Virus record (IMG/VR): IMGVR_UViG_3300027861_000006
Coordinates: 1-38,629 of that record
From: a virus
Length of the DNA: 38,629 nucleotides
Strand: one strand, 5' to 3'
Shown: piece after piece, positions 1-8,875 of the stretch
Layout of the letters: the number at the start of each line of letters is the position of its first letter
How positions within the stretch are numbered: position 1 is the stretch's first letter
Position numbers and translations under genes: made by a program
Notes under the pieces: generated by a model
The model's input: the letters and a program-made list of their open reading frames with translations, nothing else
What the model was told of the DNA's origin: nothing
Databases searched by the model: none

Positions 1-82
1 GAAATTAAATGGATTAAAAATTATGAGGATATTCTTGCAACATACAATACATCAAAAAAGTATGTCGGCTGCAGGTATGCTT
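1..82 (+). repeat. Left copy of the 82-nt exact terminal overlap
   Basis: Character-by-character identity with 38548-38629. Confidence 0.95.
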
Positions 83-261
83 ATTCAAATGTATTTAACA
101 CTTTCGGCTTCTTTAGAACTCGTAAAGATCGTTACGGCATGAAAGATTGGTGGTGTTCTGAGATTGACGCTTATGTTATTGGAATAGGTGATTACAAGTT
201 AAGTCCTAATGCACTCTACACAGAAATTATTCTAAGAAATAGAAAATATAGGGAGGTTTAA
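1..261 (+). CDS. 3' part of the junction-spanning ORF (starts at 38251): permuted papain-fold NlpC/P60-superfamily (YiiX/C92-like) putative cell-wall amidase/endopeptidase
   Basis: The frame is continuous across the overlap and stops at TAA 259-261. His-first/Cys-last order: FAHTELIF ... GVSFKDI ... VGCRYAYSNVF ... DWWCSEI. This resembles YiiX-type H..GI / G.pYd..F / YCSEL motifs (from memory, no search). Confidence 0.5.
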   Translation, partial: EIKWIKNYEDILATYNTSKKYVGCRYAYSNVFNTFGFFRTRKDRYGMKDWWCSEIDAYVIGIGDYKLSPNALYTEIILRNRKYREV

Positions 262-262
262 A

Positions 263-592
263 GTGCCTAAAGTAGCAAATAAGACGCTTTTGCAAGAGGT
301 TGTTGCAGTATTTAAAGCCGTTACAGCATCTGTAGCGATTATAGGAATGCTTGTACTAATCGGCTGGAACGTAAAGGGTGAAGAGCTAGTTGATTGCAGG
401 ATACAGGAAAAAATGAACGACCATGTAAAAGAGAATGATGTTTATATTAAGCAAATTATGACTAACGCGAAGGACGTTGTACAACTTAAAGAGTTGTCTA
501 TGCAAACCCATTTGTTAATTAAACAGCTAACGACTGACGAGATGGAGCGCAGGGCTGACAAAGAATTCGATGAAATTAAGAGGAGGCAGTAA
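263..592 (+). CDS. Type-II membrane protein with one N-terminal TM and a charged coiled-coil tail; holin or i-spanin candidate
   Basis: GTG start 6 nt after GGGAGG. TM segment VTASVAIIGMLVLIGW. Lies directly after two wall-hydrolase-like genes. Confidence 0.5.
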   Translation: MPKVANKTLLQEVVAVFKAVTASVAIIGMLVLIGWNVKGEELVDCRIQEKMNDHVKENDVYIKQIMTNAKDVVQLKELSMQTHLLIKQLTTDEMERRADKEFDEIKRRQ

Positions 593-593
593 C

Positions 594-1970
594 ATGAGAT
601 TATTATTAACTTTACTAATACTTGCAAGTAGTGTTTTTAGTGCTACAGATTATGTAATAGCAGTATTTAAAATTGGCGATCAGGTGTCTAGCAATCCTTA
701 TCTTGACGGTGAGCTTATTGAGATAGTAGATCCTAATGAGCAAGCAGGGAATTTTGTTTTATCCGATAGAATGCAAACTATTTTTTATTGCAGGAGAATA
801 GCACTAAATAAAAAAACGCAATACAGAAATTACATGAAGGTGAATGGTAGCGGTAAATCAAAGTGCATATTAAGGCCAAATAAATTATCTAAAGAAGAAA
901 AAGAGTTGTTGCGAGATGAAAGTGCTATTAAGCCTATACAAAATATTGATGAATCTGTTTTTGATTTTGGCGATAACTTAAATTCTAATGCTAAAGTTAA
1001 AGATAAAAACGCTTGGGTTGGTGGTAGTGTTACGGTTGGTAGTGATGGGGATTATGCTACTTGGGCGTTGTTAGTAGCTGACCTTGGGACTTTTACAAGT
1101 GACGGTACAGCCACGCAAATCAGTAACGTTACTGAAACAATATCATCTATTTTGGGTAATAGTGTCTCTAGTTATACTATGATTCTTGATGGTGGTAACT
1201 ACAAGATAAATCATGTTAATAGAATAATGTATTATACACCAGAAAGCTCCACTGGTACTGGTATTATTAAAAACTTTCATACGGTTAGAACTGCCGATGC
1301 TGCTGCGAATACAGTGCCAGCTATTGTAACAACTGATGTCTCAACCAGTATTACTTATTCGTTTTATAATAACAAGTTTGACGGTGGGGGTTTTAATGGT
1401 CGTGGGCTAGACCTTTCAGATAACACTCCCATATGCGATGTCTACAATAATCTATTTATTAACTATAATGGAAATATAGGATCTATTGGGCTGAAGACTA
1501 CGCTGGTAAATACTTCAACTGTTATTAGCGGAAACACTTTCCTTAATTGTGACATAGGACTTGATTTCAACAGCCAAGACATGGAGGCGCAAAACAACGC
1601 CTCTTTTTGCACTTCTACCGATTATTTTAGTACTGGCTCCCTAACAATGTTCTCAAAATGCGCCTCCTCAGATGCAACAGGTTCAGAGGCGGGGTTACAG
1701 AGTTTAGTAGCAAATACAGTATTTCAGAGCACTACAAGTACAGATGTAAACTTTCTCTATCCTGTAAAAGATGAGGCTTTGTACGGCGCAGGTGCTAACC
1801 CTACAATTTCAGGCCATGATACATATTTCAACAATTACCCAATAATTTTAGGCGATGTTGACATAGGAGCGAATGGCTTGTTAAGGTCAGCATACAACCC
1901 GCATCAAGGCAAATACTTTCGATTTGGCTCAACATTCCCTGAATGGAGTCGCAGAAAACTTAGAAATTAA
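594..1970 (+). CDS. Predicted secreted right-handed beta-helix (pectate-lyase-like) protein; depolymerase/tailspike candidate
   Basis: ATG 594 follows AGGAGG. Sec-like N-terminus MRLLLTLLILASSVFS/ATD. Repetitive N/G/T-rich turns (YNNKFDGGGFNGRGLDLSDN.., VYNNLFINYNGNIGSIG.., ISGNTFLNCDIGLDF) typical of parallel beta-helices. Confidence 0.6.
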   Translation: MRLLLTLLILASSVFSATDYVIAVFKIGDQVSSNPYLDGELIEIVDPNEQAGNFVLSDRMQTIFYCRRIALNKKTQYRNYMKVNGSGKSKCILRPNKLSKEEKELLRDESAIKPIQNIDESVFDFGDNLNSNAKVKDKNAWVGGSVTVGSDGDYATWALLVADLGTFTSDGTATQISNVTETISSILGNSVSSYTMILDGGNYKINHVNRIMYYTPESSTGTGIIKNFHTVRTADAAANTVPAIVTTDVSTSITYSFYNNKFDGGGFNGRGLDLSDNTPICDVYNNLFINYNGNIGSIGLKTTLVNTSTVISGNTFLNCDIGLDFNSQDMEAQNNASFCTSTDYFSTGSLTMFSKCASSDATGSEAGLQSLVANTVFQSTTSTDVNFLYPVKDEALYGAGANPTISGHDTYFNNYPIILGDVDIGANGLLRSAYNPHQGKYFRFGSTFPEWSRRKLRN

Positions 1971-2008
1971 TTAATAGAATACCACAACTCTTACAAGAGG
2001 AAAATATT

Positions 2009-2629
2009 ATGGGAAGAAAAAGCAAAAAGCAATTAGCTAGAGAAGCTAATACGAGCTCGATGGGGCGACAAGCAGACGAAATAGAGACTTCGGGTAGTCG
2101 AGTTACTTACAATGGTAAAAACAAGCTAATGCCGAAGTCTCACAGGGATTTCAATACAGTCTTAACGCACCTAAACCATAATCTTGAATTATTACACAAA
2201 AATCCACCTCCGGGTGTCTCTTTAGTTCACGTAACTGCTTTTGAAAAATTAATGAGTTATGCCTTTAGAGAACCTATTGAAAATGTCGAGATGGTTAAAT
2301 GCACAAATCCCGATTGCAGAAAAATGCACTTGATTGAATGCCCTCATTGTGAAACTTCCCATAGTATTGTTATACCTTCCGCTGTCCATGAAAAAAATAG
2401 CATTGTAGCATTAAATAAATTAATAGATAAATTAGCCCCAAACCTTGCGGCTGTTTCTCAAGATATAAATATTACTGGTTTACAATCTAGTATCACAGAT
2501 TGGGGAGTTAGAATTATTACTAAATATGTTCCTGTTGCAGATCAACCAATGGAAGTGCAAAAATTAAACCAAGCCTTAACAAACGCTGTTGAGGCAGAAT
2601 TCACAGAGGTTCCTAATGTCAAATCATAA
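2009..2629 (+). CDS. Small terminase subunit candidate (basic N-terminus, internal C4 zinc-ribbon-like CTNPDC..CPHC)
   Basis: Lies immediately upstream of TerL and overlaps its start. Assignment rests on position only. Confidence 0.35.
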   Translation: MGRKSKKQLAREANTSSMGRQADEIETSGSRVTYNGKNKLMPKSHRDFNTVLTHLNHNLELLHKNPPPGVSLVHVTAFEKLMSYAFREPIENVEMVKCTNPDCRKMHLIECPHCETSHSIVIPSAVHEKNSIVALNKLIDKLAPNLAAVSQDINITGLQSSITDWGVRIITKYVPVADQPMEVQKLNQALTNAVEAEFTEVPNVKS

Positions 2630-4241
2630 GCCTGTAGCTACCATTAATTCTATTGCAGACGCTATTTCAAAAGGTGTCGCAGAGGGTATTCAGAAAATGA
2701 AAGTTCCTGAATTTATACCTACAGGAGCTTTAGAACCAATGATTAAAGCTGTTGGGATGTTTATATGGGATATTGTTAATGCTCAGTGTGCAAATAAATT
2801 AGGCAAAACCACAATGGTAGTCAATATCCTCAGGAATATTTTTTGGGAACCTGACCTTGAATATTTTGATTACCCCGCCTTCCACGATTGGCCTTATAAG
2901 AATGTTGACGGTGAAATTATTAAGCATGGCCGTATTATCTGCACTGCTGAAAATGCTAAAGAAGATGGGCCTATTGATACCGAGATTAAGAAGTGGTGGC
3001 CTGAAGGTCGATACACAAGGATTAAAGATGGTAAAGGTTATTACTCTAAATACAAAACAGATACAGGTTGGAGCTTTGATATACTTACTTTTGAGCAGGA
3101 TGTAACAGCTTTTGAAGGACCTATGATGTCTTGGCAGTGGTGTGATGAGCCGCCTAAGCCAAAGCTAATGGGAGCGATAATGTCTCGTTTCTCAAAACAG
3201 GGTGTGCTAATGCTTTCCCAAACCCCAATTAATGCAGGTCCATTTATTGATAAATTAGAGGATCTAAAAGAAGTTGGGAGTAGAATAAAAAAGATTGAAG
3301 CTACTATTTACGATAATAGTTCTGAAAGTGGTATTATGAACTCCAAAGGAACTAAGCGTGGATTAATGACAGATGAAGAGATCGAGATATACAAAAGAAA
3401 AATTCCTCTTGATGAACACCCCGCACGTTTAGAAGGTAAAGCTATTGGTAAGAGTGGTAAGATCTACCCTACTTTTGATTTGAATGTGAATGTTAAGCAT
3501 TACGACCTAACCGCTGAAAGTACCAAGCAGTGGAACGGTTACTGCATAATGGATCCTCACGACAAATACTATCCATTCATACAATGGTGGGCTGTATTAC
3601 CCCCTAATGAGATCAACAAGTCGAGATTTGTTTGTTATAATGAATGGCCTACCGTAGAAACCCTTGGTGGCTATTATGACCAAAAGAGAAAAACCGCTGT
3701 TTGCAACTTAGGTCCTGAAGAGATTTCTAAAATAATAAAGCTATTTGACGGAACGCATTTTGGTATTGAGATTAAAAAAAGAGGCATTGACCCAAGGTTT
3801 GCAAGAAACACTGAAAGTAATTATACCAAAGCTGTCGAAGGTATCGTTATCGATTACCTAAAGTACGACATTGAATTTGAACTACCTGATTTGGGATTGA
3901 TTAGTATTGGAAGAAATGCCATAAGAAAAGATATTAAGTACGATAAAACAGCGCCGCTTAGCCTGTATAATGAACCTGACATGGTTATTATGCCACATTG
4001 CAAAAATACCATTCGTTCGTTAGACCGCCATTATTGGGAGAACAACGATAAAGGCACTGAGAAGGAAGCTGAAGAGTTTAAGGACCCTTCTGACTGCGCT
4101 AGAATGTTTAAGGCCTTAGAGGCTAACGTAGGGTGGACTCCTAATAGACCCCCCGTTAAGGTTGCCGATAAAAAGATGATAATTACCGAAAACATTAATG
4201 AGGAGTTTAATAAATCTATTGGGGAGATTGGGTTGGGTTAA
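2616..4241 (+). CDS. terL: Terminase large subunit
   Basis: Walker A-like NKLGKTT and Walker B-like WQWCDEPP. Acidic motifs in the C-terminal nuclease half (IMDPHD, KDPSDC). ATG 2616 overlaps the upstream stop. About 540 aa. Confidence 0.85.
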   Translation: MSNHKPVATINSIADAISKGVAEGIQKMKVPEFIPTGALEPMIKAVGMFIWDIVNAQCANKLGKTTMVVNILRNIFWEPDLEYFDYPAFHDWPYKNVDGEIIKHGRIICTAENAKEDGPIDTEIKKWWPEGRYTRIKDGKGYYSKYKTDTGWSFDILTFEQDVTAFEGPMMSWQWCDEPPKPKLMGAIMSRFSKQGVLMLSQTPINAGPFIDKLEDLKEVGSRIKKIEATIYDNSSESGIMNSKGTKRGLMTDEEIEIYKRKIPLDEHPARLEGKAIGKSGKIYPTFDLNVNVKHYDLTAESTKQWNGYCIMDPHDKYYPFIQWWAVLPPNEINKSRFVCYNEWPTVETLGGYYDQKRKTAVCNLGPEEISKIIKLFDGTHFGIEIKKRGIDPRFARNTESNYTKAVEGIVIDYLKYDIEFELPDLGLISIGRNAIRKDIKYDKTAPLSLYNEPDMVIMPHCKNTIRSLDRHYWENNDKGTEKEAEEFKDPSDCARMFKALEANVGWTPNRPPVKVADKKMIITENINEEFNKSIGEIGLG

Positions 4242-4401
4242 GATAGCTAAAACAAGATATACTAGTTTCTGATAACCTGCACTCGGACGATATTGCAAGA
4301 CAATAAAACTTATTGCAATACCCCCAATCATCATCTGTTTTAAATTTTTCAAAATACTTACATTGACCACATGGTTTAGTATTTAGGATTTTTTTACTCA
4401 C
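4216..4401 (-). CDS. Small Cys-rich hypothetical protein (PCGQCKYF..GYC)
   Basis: GTG start after a G-rich SD. Last gene of the leftward arm. Its 3' end overlaps the TerL 3' end convergently. Confidence 0.4.
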   Translation of the reverse strand: MSKKILNTKPCGQCKYFEKFKTDDDWGYCNKFYCLAISSECRLSETSISCFSYLNPTQSPQ

Positions 4402-4571
4402 TACACCCCCCTCTTAATTAAAACCAATGAACAAGTTATCAACATTCCGCCAAACCAGTTCATGCTAAGCTCCTTAAGCCCCGCAACCAAAAACAACACA
4501 AATAATCCACATTGCAAAACGGCTATTATGTACATAGCAATATCTGCCAACCTTAACGCTAATTCTTGCAT
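4401..4571 (-). CDS. Small hydrophobic membrane protein
   Basis: ATG 4571 is preceded by AAGGTGG. Two hydrophobic stretches (IAMYIIAVLQCGLFVLFLVAGL, GGMLITCSLVLI). The longer 4646 start lacks an RBS. Confidence 0.45.
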   Translation of the reverse strand: MQELALRLADIAMYIIAVLQCGLFVLFLVAGLKELSMNWFGGMLITCSLVLIKRGV

Positions 4572-4587
4572 ATTACCACCTTCATAA

Positions 4588-4794
4588 TTAAATAAACCTA
4601 ACAAGCCCAGCTTCAGGCGTTTCAATGCTACCGTCTTCAAGCTCAACTATCGCAGTTGTATAATTAGCAACTCCATTTTCAGCTTCAAAGGTGTCATAAA
4701 AAGTACCCCACTGGTGGAATATTCCCGTATTTACAACTTTCTTTGTTTTTGAATAGTTATCGTATATTTCTACTTTTCTGAGTTTGGTATTCAT
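4588..4794 (-). CDS. Hypothetical protein (68 aa)
   Basis: Co-oriented ORF whose start overlaps the upstream stop (4791-4794). Confidence 0.5.
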   Translation of the reverse strand: MNTKLRKVEIYDNYSKTKKVVNTGIFHQWGTFYDTFEAENGVANYTTAIVELEDGSIETPEAGLVRFI

Positions 4795-5042
4795 TTTTTT
4801 TCTCCTTCTTGAATTGAACCACTAACCTTCCTAACAAATTTATCAGACCAGTACTCATTACCGCTTTTAGCTAGAACATACCATTGATTGCCAATTTGCC
4901 TCCATACTTTAGCATCAACTACAATTTCCTTATAGCTCATTTCGTATTTTACTGTAACTATAACCTTTTCTGTTGTTGTAGTGTCAAAGTTTGCTGCAAA
5001 ACATATTGCAGATAGTGTTAATATTATGATGATTATTTTCAT
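4791..5042 (-). CDS. Small predicted secreted protein (83 aa)
   Basis: Sec-like N-terminus MKIIIIILTLSAICFA/ANFD. Confidence 0.5.
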   Translation of the reverse strand: MKIIIIILTLSAICFAANFDTTTTEKVIVTVKYEMSYKEIVVDAKVWRQIGNQWYVLAKSGNEYWSDKFVRKVSGSIQEGEKK

Positions 5043-5075
5043 TTTATTATATTTCCTTTATTTTATTGTAATTAA

Positions 5076-5402
5076 TTAAATTATCTTATAACACTCTTCT
5101 ATTTTCTGACCTGACAGCGTTTTGAGGCCACTAAATAGCCTGCTATGCCTTTCTCTCTCGTGCTTACTTAAGTCAACTAACTCAACATTAACAGTACCCT
5201 CTTGATCCTGCTTAATATTACCATTGTACGCCGTTATGTTCCAACTGAAATTAAGACACTTATCACCAACCTGAATATGGAAACCTTCGCTAGATGGGGT
5301 TGATGGCATCCTACTAGTATCCTTAACGTAGGGAGGTATTGGAAAAATGGTAGTTAAAAATTTATTTCGTGTCATCAGCCCAATCCTTTCTAGCTTCTTC
5401 AA
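5076..5402 (-). CDS. Hypothetical protein; start uncertain (TTG 5402 or ATG 5374)
   Basis: ORF in the early operon. A 21-codon ORF with a GGAGAAG RBS overlaps its 5' end in another frame. Confidence 0.4.
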   Translation of the reverse strand: MKKLERIGLMTRNKFLTTIFPIPPYVKDTSRMPSTPSSEGFHIQVGDKCLNFSWNITAYNGNIKQDQEGTVNVELVDLSKHERERHSRLFSGLKTLSGQKIEECYKII

Positions 5403-5443
5403 AAATCGATTCTTTATTTTTACTCATTATCTTCTCCTTTGGG

Positions 5444-5644
5444 TTAAAAGGATAAACCTTTGCAATCATTACATTCATAACTCCATTCCACTAAATCTGC
5501 TTTACCACAAGTTAATAATGCAATAGCGCAATCCCCTAAGAAACTGGTTTTAGGTAATACCCTATGTATAGTTTCCTTATTACAATTAGGACAATACTTT
5601 TTAATTGTTCTCACACCTCCACCTCTTTCTCGAATTTTTCCCAT
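5444..5644 (-). CDS. Zinc-ribbon protein (CPNC ... CNDC)
   Basis: Two CxxC pairs about 40 aa apart. Confidence 0.5.
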   Translation of the reverse strand: MGKIRERGGGVRTIKKYCPNCNKETIHRVLPKTSFLGDCAIALLTCGKADLVEWSYECNDCKGLSF

Positions 5645-6018
5645 TCTCCAATTTTACCGTTTGTGATTTTGGCTCTTTCGTACACTGATATGATGTCATC
5701 GTAATTACATGACCCCGTAGTTACTGGAGTATTACCATTACCATATCTCGCAACCCACCCACTAGATCCTTCTGTTGCTGCCCATATTACGCACTCTTCT
5801 TGAGTGTATGGAACCATTTTCTTTTTTGGGAGTGGTTTGTAGTGATTGTAAAACCCTGCTCTATAAGTATTGTTTCTGTTTTCGAGATTATTAAAATCTC
5901 GTGCGGTTATAGCTAAACACCTTCCATTTTTAAATGTTTTAATAACAGTTGCCTTTGACCATTTTTTCCCATCATAACTAACTAACATCTCTTCAAACAC
6001 ATTATTTTCTACTGACAT
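5611..6018 (-). CDS. Hypothetical protein (135 aa)
   Basis: Co-oriented, abuts its neighbours. Confidence 0.55.
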   Translation of the reverse strand: MSVENNVFEEMLVSYDGKKWSKATVIKTFKNGRCLAITARDFNNLENRNNTYRAGFYNHYKPLPKKKMVPYTQEECVIWAATEGSSGWVARYGNGNTPVTTGSCNYDDIISVYERAKITNGKIGEWEKFEKEVEV

Positions 6019-6338
6019 TATTTATCTCCTTTACTCTTACAACAATTACAAATCCATTCCCATTTACCTTTTCCAACATGTATCTTAAATTTAGGCATCT
6101 TAATCTCGTCTCCACAGTCAATACAAACTATCGGCTTTACCTTCAACACGTCTTTATAAGTGACCAATTCTTTTTCAACTGGTTTTTTATACGCCTTACA
6201 ATTTTTGCCACAAGGGTATTTTCTTGAAGGAAACTTTACACTACACCTTTCAGTCCCCCTAACCCCATGCGCACAGTCACACACAATTAACTTAAACCTA
6301 TCCAGCGCCTTTTTAGACTCATTTGATAATTTAATCAC
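6018..6338 (-). CDS. Cys-rich, multi-zinc-ribbon hypothetical protein
   Basis: CDC..H, CGKNC, CIDC, CNCC motifs. Confidence 0.5.
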   Translation of the reverse strand: MIKLSNESKKALDRFKLIVCDCAHGVRGTERCSVKFPSRKYPCGKNCKAYKKPVEKELVTYKDVLKVKPIVCIDCGDEIKMPKFKIHVGKGKWEWICNCCKSKGDK

Positions 6339-6352
6339 AAATCACCTCTTTT

Positions 6353-6550
6353 CTAATCCCCTCTTAAAACTCTACAATCAAAACCTTTTTCATAATCACA
6401 AAGGCTTGTTTTACGATAATCACACCTCTTGCAAATATCCTTGTCCTCTTTTTCATCCTGCTTAGTAGCACCCCCCTTGCAAAGAGGCAAGAGGGGCTTA
6501 TTGCTAGAATCGTATTTCATCATTAAAGTTTGATGCTGGACCAGCACCAT
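6353..6550 (-). CDS. Small Cys-rich hypothetical protein; start probably the internal ATGATG near 6526
   Basis: CKRC..C..C pattern. 5' end overlaps the ssb 3' end. Confidence 0.4.
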   Translation of the reverse strand: MVLVQHQTLMMKYDSSNKPLLPLCKGGATKQDEKEDKDICKRCDYRKTSLCDYEKGFDCRVLRGD

Positions 6551-6914
6551 TTGGATTACTAGAACCGCCCTGTGAAGCCTGTGGCCGTCCTTGCTGAAAG
6601 GTCCACTGCTCTACAACTACTTCTGTTTTATACCGCTTAGAGCCGCCGTTTTTGTCATCCCAGCTCGTTGTACGCAAAGCCCCTGCTATAATAACAGCAG
6701 AGCCTTTTTTAAACAATTTGCCGATAGTTACCGCTGTTTTGCCAATCGCTACACAGTTGACCCATTCAACTGTATCCACCCAACCCCCAGACTTATCCTT
6801 ATGACCACCCTTACAAGCTACTGAAAAGTTTGCAAAATCCGTTCCGCTACGATTTACGATTTCTGCATCTCGCCCCACCGTTCCTACTAATTTTACTGCA
6901 TTAGTTATTGACAT
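6504..6914 (-). CDS. ssb: Single-stranded DNA-binding protein
   Basis: OB-fold N-terminus (NAVKLVGTVGRDAEI..., TEWVNCVAIGK), a G/Q/P-rich linker and an acidic amphipathic tail FNDEIRF. ATG 6914 lies 6 nt after GAGGAGG. Confidence 0.85.
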   Translation of the reverse strand: MSITNAVKLVGTVGRDAEIVNRSGTDFANFSVACKGGHKDKSGGWVDTVEWVNCVAIGKTAVTIGKLFKKGSAVIIAGALRTTSWDDKNGGSKRYKTEVVVEQWTFQQGRPQASQGGSSNPNGAGPASNFNDEIRF

Positions 6915-7197
6915 TAACAACCTCCTCTTTAGGATTAATTAATGCTGCAGCTTTTCTTTCCAATAAAACTGCCTGTGCTTTACAGAAATTTTGGAATCCA
7001 ACCATTACAGTTTCAGCATCTCCATCGTCAAGCCCCTCTACAAGAACGGCGGTACTTAATTTAAGACTTACGCCACCCGCTATACCCCTTTGCTTAACCT
7101 CGACACTTTTAAGACGCTCTGCGCCCCTTAGAAGAGCTTTCGCTTTTCTTACTTTTGCATTAATTTCTGCAAACATGTCTGTTTGTTTTGCTTCCAT
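6901..7197 (-). CDS. Hypothetical protein (98 aa)
   Basis: Co-oriented. Its stop overlaps the ssb start. Confidence 0.5.
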   Translation of the reverse strand: MEAKQTDMFAEINAKVRKAKALLRGAERLKSVEVKQRGIAGGVSLKLSTAVLVEGLDDGDAETVMVGFQNFCKAQAVLLERKAAALINPKEEVVNVNN

Positions 7198-7223
7198 TTG
7201 GTTTTTTTCTCCTTCTGTTAAAA

Positions 7224-7667
7224 TTAAAAAATGACTAACTTTTCTGCTTTCTCGTAAAAGATAACAATCTCTGCTGAGAAATTACCTTTTTCATAACCAC
7301 CGCCTAATTCAAGGATAGGCACTTCCTGCCAACAATCATCATGGATAATCTTATTGTCAACAAGAAGATCCATTATTGATTCAGCCTTATTAGTTAAATC
7401 TGTTTTACGCCTATCTCCAAAACTAAATTTAATAATAATTTTAGAGATGCTTTCAATAGCTCTACCTTTTCTTGGTTGAGACAATAACTCACTACTTGCT
7501 GACTTATGCCAATCTTTATGCTTAGACGAAGGTAATAGCCAAAACAGTTGCCCTTTAGGCTTGTGACCGCCTATCTTTATTCTAATGTTTTTCCAGTTAG
7601 GAATTATCTGCTTGGAATTTTTCTTAGATGGAATACGGCCTGTTAAGGTGTATCTGATTGACTCCAT
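7224..7667 (-). CDS. rusA: RusA-family Holliday-junction resolvase
   Basis: IPSKKNS aligns with E. coli RusA PPSNNRYY. DRRKTDLTNKAESIMDLLVDNKIIHDD aligns with [27 protein letters not shown] (recalled sequence). Confidence 0.8.
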   Translation of the reverse strand: MESIRYTLTGRIPSKKNSKQIIPNWKNIRIKIGGHKPKGQLFWLLPSSKHKDWHKSASSELLSQPRKGRAIESISKIIIKFSFGDRRKTDLTNKAESIMDLLVDNKIIHDDCWQEVPILELGGGYEKGNFSAEIVIFYEKAEKLVIF

Positions 7668-8393
7668 TTATGACCTCACTATTTGAGTTTGAGTCTTTTT
7701 AATTTTAACACCGGGAATAGTCATAACACCTTTAGAGGCTTTTACCATTGCTTTAAGAGCAGGTACATTAATCCCAATTAAATGGCTTGTTAATGAGTTT
7801 TCAAGAAGAAACGGTATTGCTTTAAAATGATCTTCCACCTCAACCACATAATCAGTTCGGTAGCTTACACCTGAAACTTTCTCCTGCTTAATTTCAGTCG
7901 CAACGGTTGTAGTCGCTTCTTCAATCTTATCCTCCATTCGAGCTTGGGCTTTTTCGGCCAACTCTTCTTTGCCTTCAGATTGATACTTTTCAATTTTAGC
8001 AGCTTCAGCTTCAGCAGCCTTTTCAGCCTTACGCCTTTTCTCTTCAGCTTCGGCTTCAAGCTTTTTTTGTTCAAGAGCTATTCTACGCTTTTCGGCATTG
8101 TCAAAATCAATCATTGCACTGCCAATCTTATCTTTACCTGCTTTTAGCTGATTAAGAACGTTCATAAACTCTTTTTGAATAACCTTCCTTTTTTCGTCAA
8201 AAGGTTTAACGGCTTCTTTTCTAAGAGCCTCTACAGTTTTGATAGCACCTTGTACATCTCTTTGAATACCCCCTGCATTCAAATTCTGCTCTGCATTTGT
8301 AATCTCAATCTCTTCAATTGAGCTAAGTGTTTCAAGAGCAGTCTTCATCTTATCAAGAGTCTCTTGAGCTATTAGGTTTTTTTCTTCTGACAT
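7668..8393 (-). CDS. Coiled-coil phage protein of unknown function (E/K/A-rich centre)
   Basis: 241-aa ORF abutting rusA. Lies in the recombination module. Confidence 0.6.
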   Translation of the reverse strand: MSEEKNLIAQETLDKMKTALETLSSIEEIEITNAEQNLNAGGIQRDVQGAIKTVEALRKEAVKPFDEKRKVIQKEFMNVLNQLKAGKDKIGSAMIDFDNAEKRRIALEQKKLEAEAEEKRRKAEKAAEAEAAKIEKYQSEGKEELAEKAQARMEDKIEEATTTVATEIKQEKVSGVSYRTDYVVEVEDHFKAIPFLLENSLTSHLIGINVPALKAMVKASKGVMTIPGVKIKKTQTQIVRS

Positions 8394-8396
8394 AAT

Positions 8397-8867
8397 TTAT
8401 CCCTTCTTTTGGGTTAGTTTATATTGTTCATGTATTGGATTAATCTCTACACCTAGATGGTCTATAATTAAAGGTATCACCTCTCCTAATGGCCTGCAAG
8501 CCCTGCCTGTAGAACTTTTTTGACAAGGTACAGACGCATCGTCTAAAGCGTTAAGCCAGTTTTTTTCGTGAACTTTAATAGCTTTAATAGTACGTGTTTC
8601 TAAATTATGCAGATCGCTAATAGTATTGTTGATGTCACATTTTAACGATGTAACCTGCATCGCAGTATTTTTTCTTAACTCCTCATTGTCAGCCTTTAAT
8701 GCTCCGGTTTTAATTAATAATTCACTGACACCTTCAGCAAGGCGATAGTGATCATGCTCAGCACCGTTTAACTTTATATCTATCTTTTTAAGCCTTGACC
8801 AATTCAAAGCAACTTGTAGCACAATTAGTCCAATTATCATAAATAATAAAACTTTAAACACATCCAT
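8397..8867 (-). CDS. N-terminally membrane-anchored coiled-coil protein
   Basis: TM segment VLLFMIIGLIVLQVAL followed by helical sequence. Confidence 0.5.
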   Translation of the reverse strand: MDVFKVLLFMIIGLIVLQVALNWSRLKKIDIKLNGAEHDHYRLAEGVSELLIKTGALKADNEELRKNTAMQVTSLKCDINNTISDLHNLETRTIKAIKVHEKNWLNALDDASVPCQKSSTGRACRPLGEVIPLIIDHLGVEINPIHEQYKLTQKKG

Positions 8868-8875
8868 ACTCTCTC

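Noticed and set aside
1-82. Treating the 82-nt end repeat as a proven biological direct terminal repeat
   Set aside because: An exact end overlap with an ORF reading through it is equally well explained by circular assembly of a permuted or circular genome. It cannot be resolved without reads.
263-592. Embedded o-spanin (Rz1-like lipoprotein) within or after the TM/coiled-coil gene
   Set aside because: I scanned the alternative frames by eye. They yield only very short peptides and no lipobox-containing ORF.
570-593. Upstream alternative starts offered by the ORF track (570, 2589, 16567, 29448, 29812, 35103, 4646, 9565)
   Set aside because: Each lacks a Shine-Dalgarno site, overlaps the preceding gene substantially, or both. 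A downstream ATG, GTG or TTG with a good RBS or stop-start coupling is available.
6160-8147. Plus-strand ORFs 6160-6465, 6591-6824, 6908-7234 and 7944-8147, and minus-strand ORF 7865-8074
   Set aside because: They are antisense or alternative frames of the ssb, rusA-adjacent and coiled-coil genes. The K/L/F-rich products derive from GAA/AAG-rich coding sequence.
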